The translations under genes and the position numbers were made by a program. The notes under the pieces are model-generated. The model saw only the letters and a program-made list of their open reading frames with translations, searched no databases and was not told the DNA's origin. Below, one piece after another: positions 19,822 to 29,534 of a DNA stretch of 64,000 bases (position 1 is the first letter of the stretch; each line of letters opens with the position of its first letter). Source of the DNA: Pseudobdellovibrionaceae bacterium (lineage in GTDB: Bacteria > Bdellovibrionota > Bdellovibrionia > Bdellovibrionales > Bdellovibrionaceae); assembly GCA_039810425.1 (NCBI GenBank), contig JBDHWW010000009.1:1-64000 (forward strand). The letters are read 5' to 3'.

Positions 19822-21044
19822 TGAAATAACTCCTGAGCTTTTTTAACGGCTTTCAAAAAGCTCTCAACATCTTGCATATTATTATAAACTGAAAAAGAAG
19901 TTCTGACCGTTCCGGTAATCCCGAAACGCGCCATCAGCGGCTGGCAGCAATGGTGACCTGCTCGCACCGCAATCCCCTGCTGATCCAAGACTTGGCCTAC
20001 ATCCGAGTGGTGTGTGCCCGCCAAAACAAAACTCAAAACAGGCCCTTTATGGGGAGCCGTCCCGATAATGCGGATCCCTGGAATTTTCTGCAGACCTGCG
20101 GTGGCGGCATCTAAGAGCTGTTTTTTATGAGTTTTAATTTTATCAAAACCAATAGCGCTCACGAAATCCAGAGCCGCGTTTAAAGCAATGGCACCTTCAA
20201 CATTCGGGGTGCCGGCCTCGAAACGGAACGGGGCTTCATTGAACGTCGTCTTTTCGAAGCTCACCTTAGAAATCATACTACCGCCGCCTTGGTACGGAGG
20301 CATTTGATCCAAAAGATCCTTCTTCCCATAGAGGACACCAATACCAAACGGCGCAAAGATTTTGTGACCCGAAAAGGCAAAGAAGTCACAATCAATGTCC
20401 TGAACGTTCACCGCTTCTTGAGAAACGATCTGTGCCCCATCAATGAGGACCTTCGCACCCACCTTGTGGGCCGCGGCTGTCAGGGCTTTCATGTCGTTCA
20501 CGGTACCCAATGTGTTGGAGCAAGCAGTGAACGCAAAGATCTTGGTTTTTGCGTTCAATTTCTTTTTGAAGTCTTCTAGATCAAGCTCACCGTTATCTTT
20601 CACATCAACTGCAACAACTTTGGCTTTTTTTTCTTCCGCGACAATCTGCCAGGGAACGATATTCGCATGATGCTCCATCACAGTGACCAGAATCTCGTCG
20701 CCTTCTTTTAAGGCACTACGAGCATAGCTAAACGCCACAAGATTGATGGCCTCAGTTGTGCCGCGAACGAACACGATTTCGTCCTGGGTTTTCGCACCCA
20801 AGAACTTCGCGACTGCAACGCGGGCATTTTCGTAGTTCTCAGTCGCCTTATCAGCGATGTGATGGGCTCCACGGTGAACGTTGGAAACTTCGTATTGGTT
20901 GAATCGGTAAATACGCGCGGCCACAACCTCCGGCTTCAGAGTGGTTGCCGCACTATCGAGGTAAATCCAGTCCTTGCCGTGCACCTTTTGAGTCAGGGCT
21001 GGAAACTGAGCGCGTACTTTTTCAAAAACCGGATCTTGCTTCAT
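19818..21044 (-). CDS. sufS: Cysteine desulfurase, SufS subfamily
   Basis: YLDSAATT, NVHRG, FSGHK (PLP Lys), FEAGTP and RAGHHC motifs. Confidence 0.95.
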   Translation of the reverse strand: MKQDPVFEKVRAQFPALTQKVHGKDWIYLDSAATTLKPEVVAARIYRFNQYEVSNVHRGAHHIADKATENYENARVAVAKFLGAKTQDEIVFVRGTTEAINLVAFSYARSALKEGDEILVTVMEHHANIVPWQIVAEEKKAKVVAVDVKDNGELDLEDFKKKLNAKTKIFAFTACSNTLGTVNDMKALTAAAHKVGAKVLIDGAQIVSQEAVNVQDIDCDFFAFSGHKIFAPFGIGVLYGKKDLLDQMPPYQGGGSMISKVSFEKTTFNEAPFRFEAGTPNVEGAIALNAALDFVSAIGFDKIKTHKKQLLDAATAGLQKIPGIRIIGTAPHKGPVLSFVLAGTHHSDVGQVLDQQGIAVRAGHHCCQPLMARFGITGTVRTSFSVYNNMQDVESFLKAVKKAQELFQ

Positions 21045-21045
21045 A

Positions 21046-22326
21046 TTATGTTAATCCGACTTGGAGACCTTGAAAGGCCTCGCGAAGCTCCTTATTCAAC
21101 CAATTTTGCAATTCTTCATTCTCTAATTTGTAAATCAATTCAGACGCGTAACCAAAGCTCATCATCGGAACAGCGACGTCTGCGGAAATCGCGCGGCTCT
21201 GCAGATAGAACAGCTCTTCTGGATTGAGCTGGCCCACGGTCGAACCGTGACCCGCTTTCACGTCATCAGCGTAGACTTGAAGCTGCGGCTTGCTGTCTGC
21301 CTCGGCTTCACGGCTCAGTAACAAATTGTTATTCAGCTGCTCAGAGTTGGCTTTCATCGCGCCCTGACGGATAATCACTTTACCGTTAAACACGGCACGC
21401 GAAGCGTCCGCCAAAATACCTTTATAGTGCTGAGATGTATTGCAAGCACCCACTTGGTGGTCAATCACGGTCGTGTTGTCGACGACTTGATTGCCTTTAG
21501 TCACGTAGACGCCGTCAAACACCCCGAAAGCCTCTGGCGCTTTCATTTCCGCCGTCAAGCTGTGACGGGCCAGGATGCCACCCGTTGAGAACGCAAGGCT
21601 GTGTACATGAGAGGCTTTTCCCAGAGTAAAGTTCGTGCGCCCAACATTCACGGCCACTGCGCCTTCTGCTTGTAAGCGCACATAAATGAGCTTTGCAGAC
21701 TCCGCCACGTCAACATCCACTTGAGAATTCACGAAGTAACGGACCTCTTTTTGACCGTAATATGACTCAAGATACTTGGTTGACGACATTTTACCGGCTT
21801 TGATTGTCACGCGTGGATTCACCATGACCGCCGAAGCGCCTTCAGCAGAACTATAAAACACGAAGTTCACGGTTTTATCCACAGAAATTCCTGGGAAAAT
21901 CTCTAGTGTGTAGTTTTTTGTGAAGTAAGCGACATTCAGGGCTTCGAAAGAATCTCTGAAGTCCGCTGCAATCACGTCTTTACCCTCAGTGAATTGCACA
22001 CCCGCAGGCAATTCATCCACAGAAGAAAGTGTCTTGTTGAACTGACCATTGTGGAAAACGATGTTGATAAATTCAGAATTCAACTTCGCCTGAATCGCCT
22101 TCATCGTTTCGTGCGTGGGCTGGGTAGCTTCAAGGCCTGCTGGAACGAAGCTTTCGTCGTTCAGCACCTTGAGGCTCGTGTATTTCCAGTCTTCGTCCTT
22201 GCGGGTCGGAAGACCTTTTGCATTCAAAAACTCAAACGCTTTTGCACGCAGGGCTTGAGCTCCACCTGTCGCCGGGGTTTGGGAAGAAAATTTATCGAAT
22301 TGGCTCAATAAGTTCATAGTTATCAA
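21046..22326 (-). CDS. sufD: Fe-S cluster assembly protein SufD
   Basis: EDWKYT, FNGKV, KPQLQVYADDVKAGHGSTVG and FYLQSR motifs. Confidence 0.93.
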   Translation of the reverse strand: MITMNLLSQFDKFSSQTPATGGAQALRAKAFEFLNAKGLPTRKDEDWKYTSLKVLNDESFVPAGLEATQPTHETMKAIQAKLNSEFINIVFHNGQFNKTLSSVDELPAGVQFTEGKDVIAADFRDSFEALNVAYFTKNYTLEIFPGISVDKTVNFVFYSSAEGASAVMVNPRVTIKAGKMSSTKYLESYYGQKEVRYFVNSQVDVDVAESAKLIYVRLQAEGAVAVNVGRTNFTLGKASHVHSLAFSTGGILARHSLTAEMKAPEAFGVFDGVYVTKGNQVVDNTTVIDHQVGACNTSQHYKGILADASRAVFNGKVIIRQGAMKANSEQLNNNLLLSREAEADSKPQLQVYADDVKAGHGSTVGQLNPEELFYLQSRAISADVAVPMMSFGYASELIYKLENEELQNWLNKELREAFQGLQVGLT

Positions 22327-23075
22327 CCTAACAACCAGTCATAACCGCGTTCTTCGAGAGTTTCCGCCAGCTTGTAGTCACCTGTCTCGATAATTTTACC
22401 GTTTGCTAAAACGTGAACGAAATCAGGCTTAATGTAATGAAGAAGACGCTGATAGTGCGTTACCAATACGATCGCATTGTCTTTGCGGCGGAGTTTATTC
22501 ACACCTTCCGCCACGATACGCAGAGCATCGATATCAAGACCAGAATCTGTTTCATCGAGCAACGCCAAGCGTGGCGCGAGGACAGCCATTTGCAGGATTT
22601 CATTACGCTTCTTCTCGCCGCCCGAGAAACCGACGTTGACTGGACGCTCAAGGAAATCTTTCTTCATGGAAACCAGTTTCATTTTCTCTTCAACGTAGGC
22701 GCGAAAGTCGTTTTCGTTCATGGGTTCGGAACCTTGATGGGTCAAGACAGCGTTGAACGATGTGTGCAAGAAGTTGAAATTGCTGATGCCCGGGACCTCA
22801 ACGGGATATTGGAATGCCAAGAACACGCCTTCTTTAGCGCGTACGTCGGGTTCCATCTCAAGCAAATTCTTCATCTGGAAGTTGATTTCATATTTAACGT
22901 CGCCGCCAGTCACCTCATAGGCCGGGTGACCGGCAAGAACTTTAGAAAGCGTCGATTTACCAGAGCCGTTCGGACCCATGATCGCATGAACTTCACCAGC
23001 TTTTACCGTGAGGTTCAGACCTTTTAGGATTTCTTTTTCTTCGACTTTAGCTTGGAGATTTTTAATTTCTAACAT
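22323..23075 (-). CDS. sufC: Fe-S cluster assembly ATPase SufC (likely start MLEIKNL)
   Basis: GPNGSGKST, FSGGEKKRNE, LDETDSGLD and THYQRLL motifs. Confidence 0.96.
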   Translation of the reverse strand: MLEIKNLQAKVEEKEILKGLNLTVKAGEVHAIMGPNGSGKSTLSKVLAGHPAYEVTGGDVKYEINFQMKNLLEMEPDVRAKEGVFLAFQYPVEVPGISNFNFLHTSFNAVLTHQGSEPMNENDFRAYVEEKMKLVSMKKDFLERPVNVGFSGGEKKRNEILQMAVLAPRLALLDETDSGLDIDALRIVAEGVNKLRRKDNAIVLVTHYQRLLHYIKPDFVHVLANGKIIETGDYKLAETLEERGYDWLLG

Positions 23076-23079
23076 TTTA

Positions 23080-24528
23080 TTACCCGACCGAGTTTTCAAG
23101 TTTCATTTCGATTAGTTTCACAGCTTCAACAGAGAACTCCAAAGGAAGCTCTTTAAAGACCTCTTTACAGAAGCCATTCACCAACATAGAGATTGTTTGC
23201 TCCATATTGAGACCGCGAGATTGCAGATAAAAGATCTGATCCTCACTGATGCGCGAAGTGGTTGCTTCATGCTCAAGTGTCGCAGACTTGTTCTTCACCT
23301 CAATATACGGAAACGTATGAGCACTGCACTGATCGCCCACAAGCATAGAGTCACACTGCGAGTAATTACGTGCATTTTCGGCGGACGGCATAATCTTGAC
23401 TTGCCCACGATAAGCATTCGACGAGTGACCTGTCGAAATACCTTTTGAGATGATCGTGCTCTTCGTATTTTTTCCGATATGAATCATCTTCGTGCCGGTA
23501 TCTGCCTGCATGTAATCATGCGTGAGCGCGACAGAGTAAAACGCGCCTTCAGAAGAATCGCCTTGCAAGATCACAGAAGGGTACTTCCAAGTGATTGCAG
23601 AGCCGGACTCCACTTGCGTCCAAGAAATTTTTGAATGTTTGCCTACGGCTTTTCCACGCTTCGTTACAAAGTTGTAGATACCACCTTTACCTTCTTTGTC
23701 GCCCGTGTACCAGTTTTGCACCGTCGAGTATTTGATCTCAGACTTTTCCATGGCGACAAGCTCAACCACGGCCGCGTGCAGTTGATTTTCGTCACGCTGG
23801 GGAGCCGTGCAGCCCTCGAGGTAGTTGACGTAACCGCCTTCGTCACACACAAGCAGCGTACGCTCAAATTGGCCAGTGTCTTTCGCGTTGATACGGAAAT
23901 AAGTCGAAAGATCAATCGGGCACCGAACGCCTTTAGGAATGTAGCAGAAAGAGCCGTCAGTGAAGACAGCCGCGTTCAAAGCGGCGTAGTAGTTATCAGT
24001 CAGAGGAACAACGGAGCCGAGATATTTTTTAACAAGATCGGGGTGTTTTTGAATGGCCTCAGAGATCGAGCAGAAGATGACGCCCGCTTTCTCCAACACC
24101 TCATTATGAGTCGTGCCAACCGACACCGAGTCAAACACCACGTCAACGGCGATACCGGAAATACGTTTTTGCTCAGTCAACGGAATGCCGAGTTTTTCAA
24201 AAGTCTTGATCAACTCAGGATCCAGCTCGTCCATGGATTTTGGACCGTCCGCCTTTTTCTTCGGAGCTGAATAGTAGCAAATATCTTGGAAATCAATCTT
24301 AGGGTAACTCACATGCGCCCACGCAGGCTCGGTGAGAGTGCTCCAATAGCGGAAAGCTTTCAAACGGTAGTCGAGCATCCACTCAGGCTCGTTCTTCTTG
24401 GAAGAGATCACACGAATGACATCTTCGTTGAGTCCTTTGCCAACCGTATCCGTTTCGATATCGGTTGTGAAGCCCCACTTGTACTCTGTATCCGGCAGAG
24501 TTTGTACCGGTTTGGCCGAATCATCCAT
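23080..24528 (-). CDS. sufB: Fe-S cluster assembly protein SufB (likely start MDDSAK)
   Basis: [35 protein letters not shown] and EHEATTS motifs. Confidence 0.97.
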   Translation of the reverse strand: MDDSAKPVQTLPDTEYKWGFTTDIETDTVGKGLNEDVIRVISSKKNEPEWMLDYRLKAFRYWSTLTEPAWAHVSYPKIDFQDICYYSAPKKKADGPKSMDELDPELIKTFEKLGIPLTEQKRISGIAVDVVFDSVSVGTTHNEVLEKAGVIFCSISEAIQKHPDLVKKYLGSVVPLTDNYYAALNAAVFTDGSFCYIPKGVRCPIDLSTYFRINAKDTGQFERTLLVCDEGGYVNYLEGCTAPQRDENQLHAAVVELVAMEKSEIKYSTVQNWYTGDKEGKGGIYNFVTKRGKAVGKHSKISWTQVESGSAITWKYPSVILQGDSSEGAFYSVALTHDYMQADTGTKMIHIGKNTKSTIISKGISTGHSSNAYRGQVKIMPSAENARNYSQCDSMLVGDQCSAHTFPYIEVKNKSATLEHEATTSRISEDQIFYLQSRGLNMEQTISMLVNGFCKEVFKELPLEFSVEAVKLIEMKLENSVG

Positions 24529-24985
24529 TGAGTGCCTCCTCAACGGCTGGTTTGCGCTTCACTGCTTTCGCTCCGCCCGCCGCCTCCAAGAGCAACTCTT
24601 TCAGAGTGATGTTGCCGTAAAATTCATTCAGTTTTGATTGCAAGACCTGAACTGGAGAAGCGATATTGCAAGTACCTTGGATTTCACAAGGGCTTTCTTT
24701 GTACATGCACTTCACCATTGCCGTACGACCTTCAATGATCTCTAGAAGCTGCAGCATCGTGACCTTGCTGAGGTCCTTCGTAATTTGATACCCGCCGAAA
24801 GCTCCGTGTTCTGCACGAAGAAGGCCTTTTTGGGCCATCACTTGCATGACTCGTGCGGTGGCATCAAACGGAGTGCTGAATTGTTCCGACACTTCTTTGG
24901 CTGATGTGAGCTCCCCCGGGATTTTTGCGCTCATGTGTTTCAATGCCATCAGGGCATATTCAAGTTTGCGATTGAGTTTGTTCAT
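24521..24985 (-). CDS. Rrf2-family (IscR/SufR-like) transcriptional regulator (likely start MNKLNRK)
   Basis: EYALMAL; wing GAFGGY; three Cys in [14 protein letters not shown]; heads the suf operon. Confidence 0.88.
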   Translation of the reverse strand: MNKLNRKLEYALMALKHMSAKIPGELTSAKEVSEQFSTPFDATARVMQVMAQKGLLRAEHGAFGGYQITKDLSKVTMLQLLEIIEGRTAMVKCMYKESPCEIQGTCNIASPVQVLQSKLNEFYGNITLKELLLEAAGGAKAVKRKPAVEEALNG

Positions 24986-25211
24986 AGGTCCTATCCTCAA
25001 CACTTCCAAATCGGTCATTGAGTGAAAGCGTGATGCAAGCTAAATGAAAGTACTCCAAAGTGCAAGAAGGAAGTACGCCTTTTTTTAGCGTATATTACAG
25101 GTTTTTTAAGATTTTTAGAATAACTAAATATTTCGTGTATTTAATAACATACAATGAAAGCCACGAATGGTTCCAAATTGGAGCTAATTCGGTCATAAAA
25201 AGACTTACATA

Positions 25212-26081
25212 ATGAAGATGCTTCAAAGACCCCTTCATGATAGACCCATAAGCACTATGAGAGTTCTGTTTATCAGCATCGTTTCCATCATTGTTTTGTT
25301 TGTTGTTTTGCTAATCTCTCGCCTGTGGGGCTTGGGCCAGAAGTACCCGGACTTCCAACATCCTTTTTTTGAAAACCTGGCGGCGCCTGCGATTGTTATC
25401 AAGGCCCAAACGGAAAAAGAACTCGACGACACGCTCAGGGCAAAACCAGATGTATTATTTTGGTTAGATGTCGAAACCACGAGCGACAAAAAGTTGATCG
25501 TTTTCTCAATGGACTTGAATCCAAAACAAATGTCGATCGAAGCTTATCGTGGCCCCAAACCCATGGGTTATCCGTTTCAACAGTTGAAGAACACCCACCC
25601 CGATATCCGCGAATTGCGCGATGTCATTGCAAAATACCCGGGGCAGAAATTTGTTTTAAATATTTTAGACAATGTGGAAGGTGTTCATACGGGACTTGTT
25701 GAGGCTTTAAAAGGCCTTTCGCCTGAGAAGCGCATTCTTGTGCAGTCCAATTACAACGTCATCATGACGAGCGTGAAAGAGCTCGAACCATTCTGGCTCT
25801 TTGGATGCAGCCAAGCTGATTTGATGCGCTTCCTGACATTTGAATCCATGTGGATTTTGCCTGCGACCCCTTTTAAAGGTGACGTTTTCATTTCTCCGTT
25901 TGTTTTGCTCGGCCGCCCCGCATTTCACGAAACAGCACTTGAAGAAGTTCGCAGACGCAAAAAGAAAATTATCTTGGGCCCCGCGCTCGATAAAAAAGAA
26001 TTTGATGACGCCGTACGCATGAAAGCCGACGCGATAATTATTGAGAATCTCAGTGATTATTTAGATTGGTCTAGACCATAG
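25212..26081 (+). CDS. Membrane-anchored glycerophosphodiester phosphodiesterase-like protein, degenerate
   Basis: LDVETTSDKKLIV, IRELRDVI, LVQS and C-terminal ADAII resemble the GDPD barrel, but the HRG, E and H catalytic residues are missing. Confidence 0.6.
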   Translation: MKMLQRPLHDRPISTMRVLFISIVSIIVLFVVLLISRLWGLGQKYPDFQHPFFENLAAPAIVIKAQTEKELDDTLRAKPDVLFWLDVETTSDKKLIVFSMDLNPKQMSIEAYRGPKPMGYPFQQLKNTHPDIRELRDVIAKYPGQKFVLNILDNVEGVHTGLVEALKGLSPEKRILVQSNYNVIMTSVKELEPFWLFGCSQADLMRFLTFESMWILPATPFKGDVFISPFVLLGRPAFHETALEEVRRRKKKIILGPALDKKEFDDAVRMKADAIIIENLSDYLDWSRP

Positions 26082-26126
26082 TCTTGTATTCTGGGTTGCC
26101 GACTGGACGTTTTGGTTTTAGCCTTA

Positions 26127-26882
26127 ATGTCTATGAATATACCAATTTATATGCTAGTCGAAGCCGCTCACGCCGCGTCTCCACAGGTTGCTATCAACAC
26201 GAGTACGATGGATGCCCTGACCTCTGCCAGTCCCGTTGTGCAGTTAACCCTGCTTATTCTCGTTGGGCTTTCTGTTTTCTGCTGGGCGATCGCTTACACG
26301 AAATATCGCCAACTGAAACAACTCCGCGAAGCCAACGAGCACTTCACGAATAAATTCTGGAAAGTGAGCTCCCTCGATACGCTTTACGGGGATGTCGACG
26401 AGTATCCCGCAAGCAGTATGGCGCGCATCTTCAAGTCTGCGTACCTTGAAATGAAGAAACTCGCGGACTCTCCGCTTGTGAGCAAGAACGGCGATGACAA
26501 ACCTCAGTTGTCGGGTCTTGATAATTTGGAACGCTCTATCCGCAAGGCCACTGAAAATGAAATCGCTAAAATGGAAACTCGCCTGACAGTTCTTGCGACC
26601 ACGGGCAGCACTGGTCCTTTCATCGGTCTCTTTGGAACTGTTTGGGGGATCATGGGATCTTTCCATAAGATCGGCGCCACTGGGAACGCAAGTTTGGCAG
26701 TGGTTGCTCCTGGAATCTCTGAGGCCCTCATCGCCACAGCGATCGGTTTGGCGGCCGCAATTCCTGCCGTGATTTTGTACAACAACTTCGTTGCACGGGT
26801 CCGCCGCGAAGAAATTGAATTGAATAATTTCAGCGCGGACTTTTTGAATATCGTAAAAAGAAACTTCTTCAAGGCCGAGTAG
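26127..26882 (+). CDS. tolQ: Tol-Pal system protein TolQ (start uncertain)
   Basis: LATTGSTGPFIGLFGTVWGIM and VVAPGISEALIATAIGLAAAIPA motifs. Confidence 0.92.
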   Translation: MSMNIPIYMLVEAAHAASPQVAINTSTMDALTSASPVVQLTLLILVGLSVFCWAIAYTKYRQLKQLREANEHFTNKFWKVSSLDTLYGDVDEYPASSMARIFKSAYLEMKKLADSPLVSKNGDDKPQLSGLDNLERSIRKATENEIAKMETRLTVLATTGSTGPFIGLFGTVWGIMGSFHKIGATGNASLAVVAPGISEALIATAIGLAAAIPAVILYNNFVARVRREEIELNNFSADFLNIVKRNFFKAE

Positions 26883-26884
26883 TT

Positions 26885-27304
26885 ATGGGAATGAGTCCTG
26901 GTGGCGGCTCGAAAAGCCGCGCAACCCTCAGTGAAATCAATATCACCCCGCTAGTTGACGTCATGCTAGTGCTGCTCATCATGTTCATGGTGACGACGCC
27001 GCTGATGCAACAAGGGATCGAAGTGGACCTGCCAAAGACCTCTTCGGCCGGGGTTGAATTGAACGATGAGCCCTTTGTTTTGGTGATTGATGCCGGCCAA
27101 AAAATGACGGCTGGTAAGCAAAACATCGTAATGGCGGATCTCCGTCCCAAAATTAAAGCCATCTTTCAAAATCGCAAGAACAAACAGGTGTACATCCAAG
27201 CTGATCGAAAAGTAGACTATGGTTTTGTGGCCGAAGCTATGGGAGAAATTCGCGCAGCCGGTGTATTTAATATCGGATTGATCACGGTACCCAAAGACAA
27301 GTGA
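26885..27304 (+). CDS. tolR: TolR/ExbD
   Basis: EINITPLVDVMLVLLIMFMVTTP and IQADRKVDYG motifs. Confidence 0.92.
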   Translation: MGMSPGGGSKSRATLSEINITPLVDVMLVLLIMFMVTTPLMQQGIEVDLPKTSSAGVELNDEPFVLVIDAGQKMTAGKQNIVMADLRPKIKAIFQNRKNKQVYIQADRKVDYGFVAEAMGEIRAAGVFNIGLITVPKDK

Positions 27305-28104
27305 GTACTGCTAAGAAACGCCTCATTAAAGATGACGACTTACTGAAAGGCCTGCAGGTCTCTCTTGGCCTTCATGTGGCCTTAGTTGCGGTCTTTACGG
27401 TTCGCGCGGCGTTTTTTACTCCTGAAAAGATCGACTACTCGGCGGCGGTTCGCGTAGATCTCGTCGGCCTCCCGGATAAAATACAAGAGCAGCAACTTCC
27501 GCCAAAACAGGAAGACGCCCCGAAGCCCGCACCGAAAGCGGAACCGAAAGAGGCTAAAGCTGCAACGACCGAAAAGCCGGTCAAAGCATCACCCAAAAAA
27601 GACGCGGACACTGTCAATCTGAATAAAGAAAAGAATAAGCAAAAAGAGGCTCTGGAAAAGTTGAAAGCCATGGCTGCGATCGAAAAAATGAAAGAAGAAG
27701 CGGCCGATAAACAGAAAGAGTCAAAAGCTAAAATGGCTGGTGTCGGTGACACGAAATCTTCAGCCTCTAAAATCAAAGGTAATATATTGTCGCCAGGAAC
27801 CGCTTTAAAAGGCCTTGATAAGCTTCAACACGATAGTTATCTTTCCACTCTTGATCATCAGATCAAACAGAATTGGTTTTTGCCTGAGTGGTTGGCGAAA
27901 AAACCTCTCCGTGCGCAAATACGCCTAAAAATAGACGAGAAAGGACAAATCCTTTCTCGCGAAGTTGTTTTGTCCAGTGGCAACCCCAATTATGATGAAC
28001 AAGCGCTGGAGGCGATTGATAAAGCTGCACCGTTTGCAGCGCCTCCGGAAAAATTTGTAAGTATCGTGGCCGTGAGCGGCCTCGTGATTGGCTTTCCTGA
28101 ATAG
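27301..28104 (+). CDS. tolA: TolA/TonB-family energy transducer
   Basis: TM SLGLH; Lys/Glu/Pro-rich linker; TonB_C-like [15 protein letters not shown]; lies between tolR and tolB. Confidence 0.85.
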   Translation: MSTAKKRLIKDDDLLKGLQVSLGLHVALVAVFTVRAAFFTPEKIDYSAAVRVDLVGLPDKIQEQQLPPKQEDAPKPAPKAEPKEAKAATTEKPVKASPKKDADTVNLNKEKNKQKEALEKLKAMAAIEKMKEEAADKQKESKAKMAGVGDTKSSASKIKGNILSPGTALKGLDKLQHDSYLSTLDHQIKQNWFLPEWLAKKPLRAQIRLKIDEKGQILSREVVLSSGNPNYDEQALEAIDKAAPFAAPPEKFVSIVAVSGLVIGFPE

Positions 28105-28121
28105 GACGGAAGGAGCATTTC

Positions 28122-29534
28122 ATGCTTAAGTTTTTGATCGTAGCTATTGCAACCCTCTCTTGTTATGGCGCTCTCGCGCAAGAGGCCGGTCGCGAACCCT
28201 CCGCGGCACCTGCCGCCGGCGCCATTTCTTCCGACATTAAGTTGGGTGAAGCCCGTACAAAGAAAAGTCTTTTGGCTTTTCCGGCTTTGAACTACCAAGG
28301 AAGCCCATCTGGTTCCTACCAAGCGGTCGGCGCCGATTTATACAACACAATCAACAATGATCTGACGGTTTCGGCATTTTTCCAAATGATCCCGCAGAAA
28401 GCCTTTCTCGAAGATACTTCTAAAGTGGGTCTTCGTCCCGCCCCCGGCGAAGCAAACGGTTTCAAGTTCCAAAGCTGGAGTACAATCGGTGCGGAGTTCC
28501 TCATCCGGGCGGGCTTTTTCTTGGCCGGCGGCGAAATAAACATGGAGGCTTACGTTTACCACGTTGGTAAATCCCAGCTCGTGATGGGAAAGAAGTATAA
28601 AGGCCCGATTTCAAGTACCCGTAAGTTAGCTCATACATTCTCGAACGATGTTCTTGAAGCCCTCACGGGAAAAGCCGGCATGTTCCTTTCTAAAATCGTG
28701 GTCGGTAGTGACAAAGGCCAAGGCGACTACAAAGAAATCTTCGTTATGGATTGGGATGGCGCAAACCCTGAGAAAATCACCAATCACAAGTCGATCTCGT
28801 TGTCTCCCGCATGGTCTCCGGATGGAAAGCGTATTGCATACACATCTTACGTTATCCGCTCTAAGACAAAAATGCGTAATGCCGACATGTTCTTATACAA
28901 TATCCAATCCGGCAAACGCGAGTTGATCTCTTTCCGCCAAGGTTTGAACTCAGGAGCCTGCTTTGCCCCGGACAACAAAACAATCTTTCTGACAATCTCT
29001 CAACAAGGCTCGCCAGATCTCTATAAAATGTCTTTTGATGGAACTCTTCGCGGTAAAATCACCAATGGCCCTAACAACGCGATGAACGTTGAGCCTGCGG
29101 TCAACCCCGATGGAAGCAAAGTGGCCTTTTCATCGGATCGCAGCGGCCGTCCGATGATTTATACCATGAATACTGACGGTTCTAACGTGAAACGCATCAC
29201 TTTCGCCGGCGTTTACAACTCAACACCAGCCTGGTCTCCGGACGGCAAGAAGATTGCGTTCTCCGGGCAAAGTGAAGACCACTTTGACATCTTTGTGATG
29301 AACGCCGACGGCACGAGTATGATCCGTCTTACTTCTGCGAAGAAAACAAACGGTGCATGGTCCACGAATGAAGATCCCAGCTTCTCTCCAGACGGCCGCT
29401 TCGTCATGTACACAAGCAACCGCACTGGCAAAAACCAGATCTATATCTCGACGGCTGATGGCACTGAAGAGCGCCGTGTAACTTTGGATGATGCGAACTA
29501 TTACAAACCAAAGTGGTCTAATAACTTTGAATAG
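28122..29534 (+). CDS. tolB: Tol-Pal beta-propeller protein TolB
   Basis: Signal peptide; TolB N-domain (AHTFSN); repeated PAWSPDG (PD40) motifs. Confidence 0.93.
   Translation: MLKFLIVAIATLSCYGALAQEAGREPSAAPAAGAISSDIKLGEARTKKSLLAFPALNYQGSPSGSYQAVGADLYNTINNDLTVSAFFQMIPQKAFLEDTSKVGLRPAPGEANGFKFQSWSTIGAEFLIRAGFFLAGGEINMEAYVYHVGKSQLVMGKKYKGPISSTRKLAHTFSNDVLEALTGKAGMFLSKIVVGSDKGQGDYKEIFVMDWDGANPEKITNHKSISLSPAWSPDGKRIAYTSYVIRSKTKMRNADMFLYNIQSGKRELISFRQGLNSGACFAPDNKTIFLTISQQGSPDLYKMSFDGTLRGKITNGPNNAMNVEPAVNPDGSKVAFSSDRSGRPMIYTMNTDGSNVKRITFAGVYNSTPAWSPDGKKIAFSGQSEDHFDIFVMNADGTSMIRLTSAKKTNGAWSTNEDPSFSPDGRFVMYTSNRTGKNQIYISTADGTEERRVTLDDANYYKPKWSNNFE

Noticed and set aside
28740..29520. Recurring TGGTCTCCGGA-type repeats
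   Set aside because: These are PD40 (WSPDG) blades of TolB
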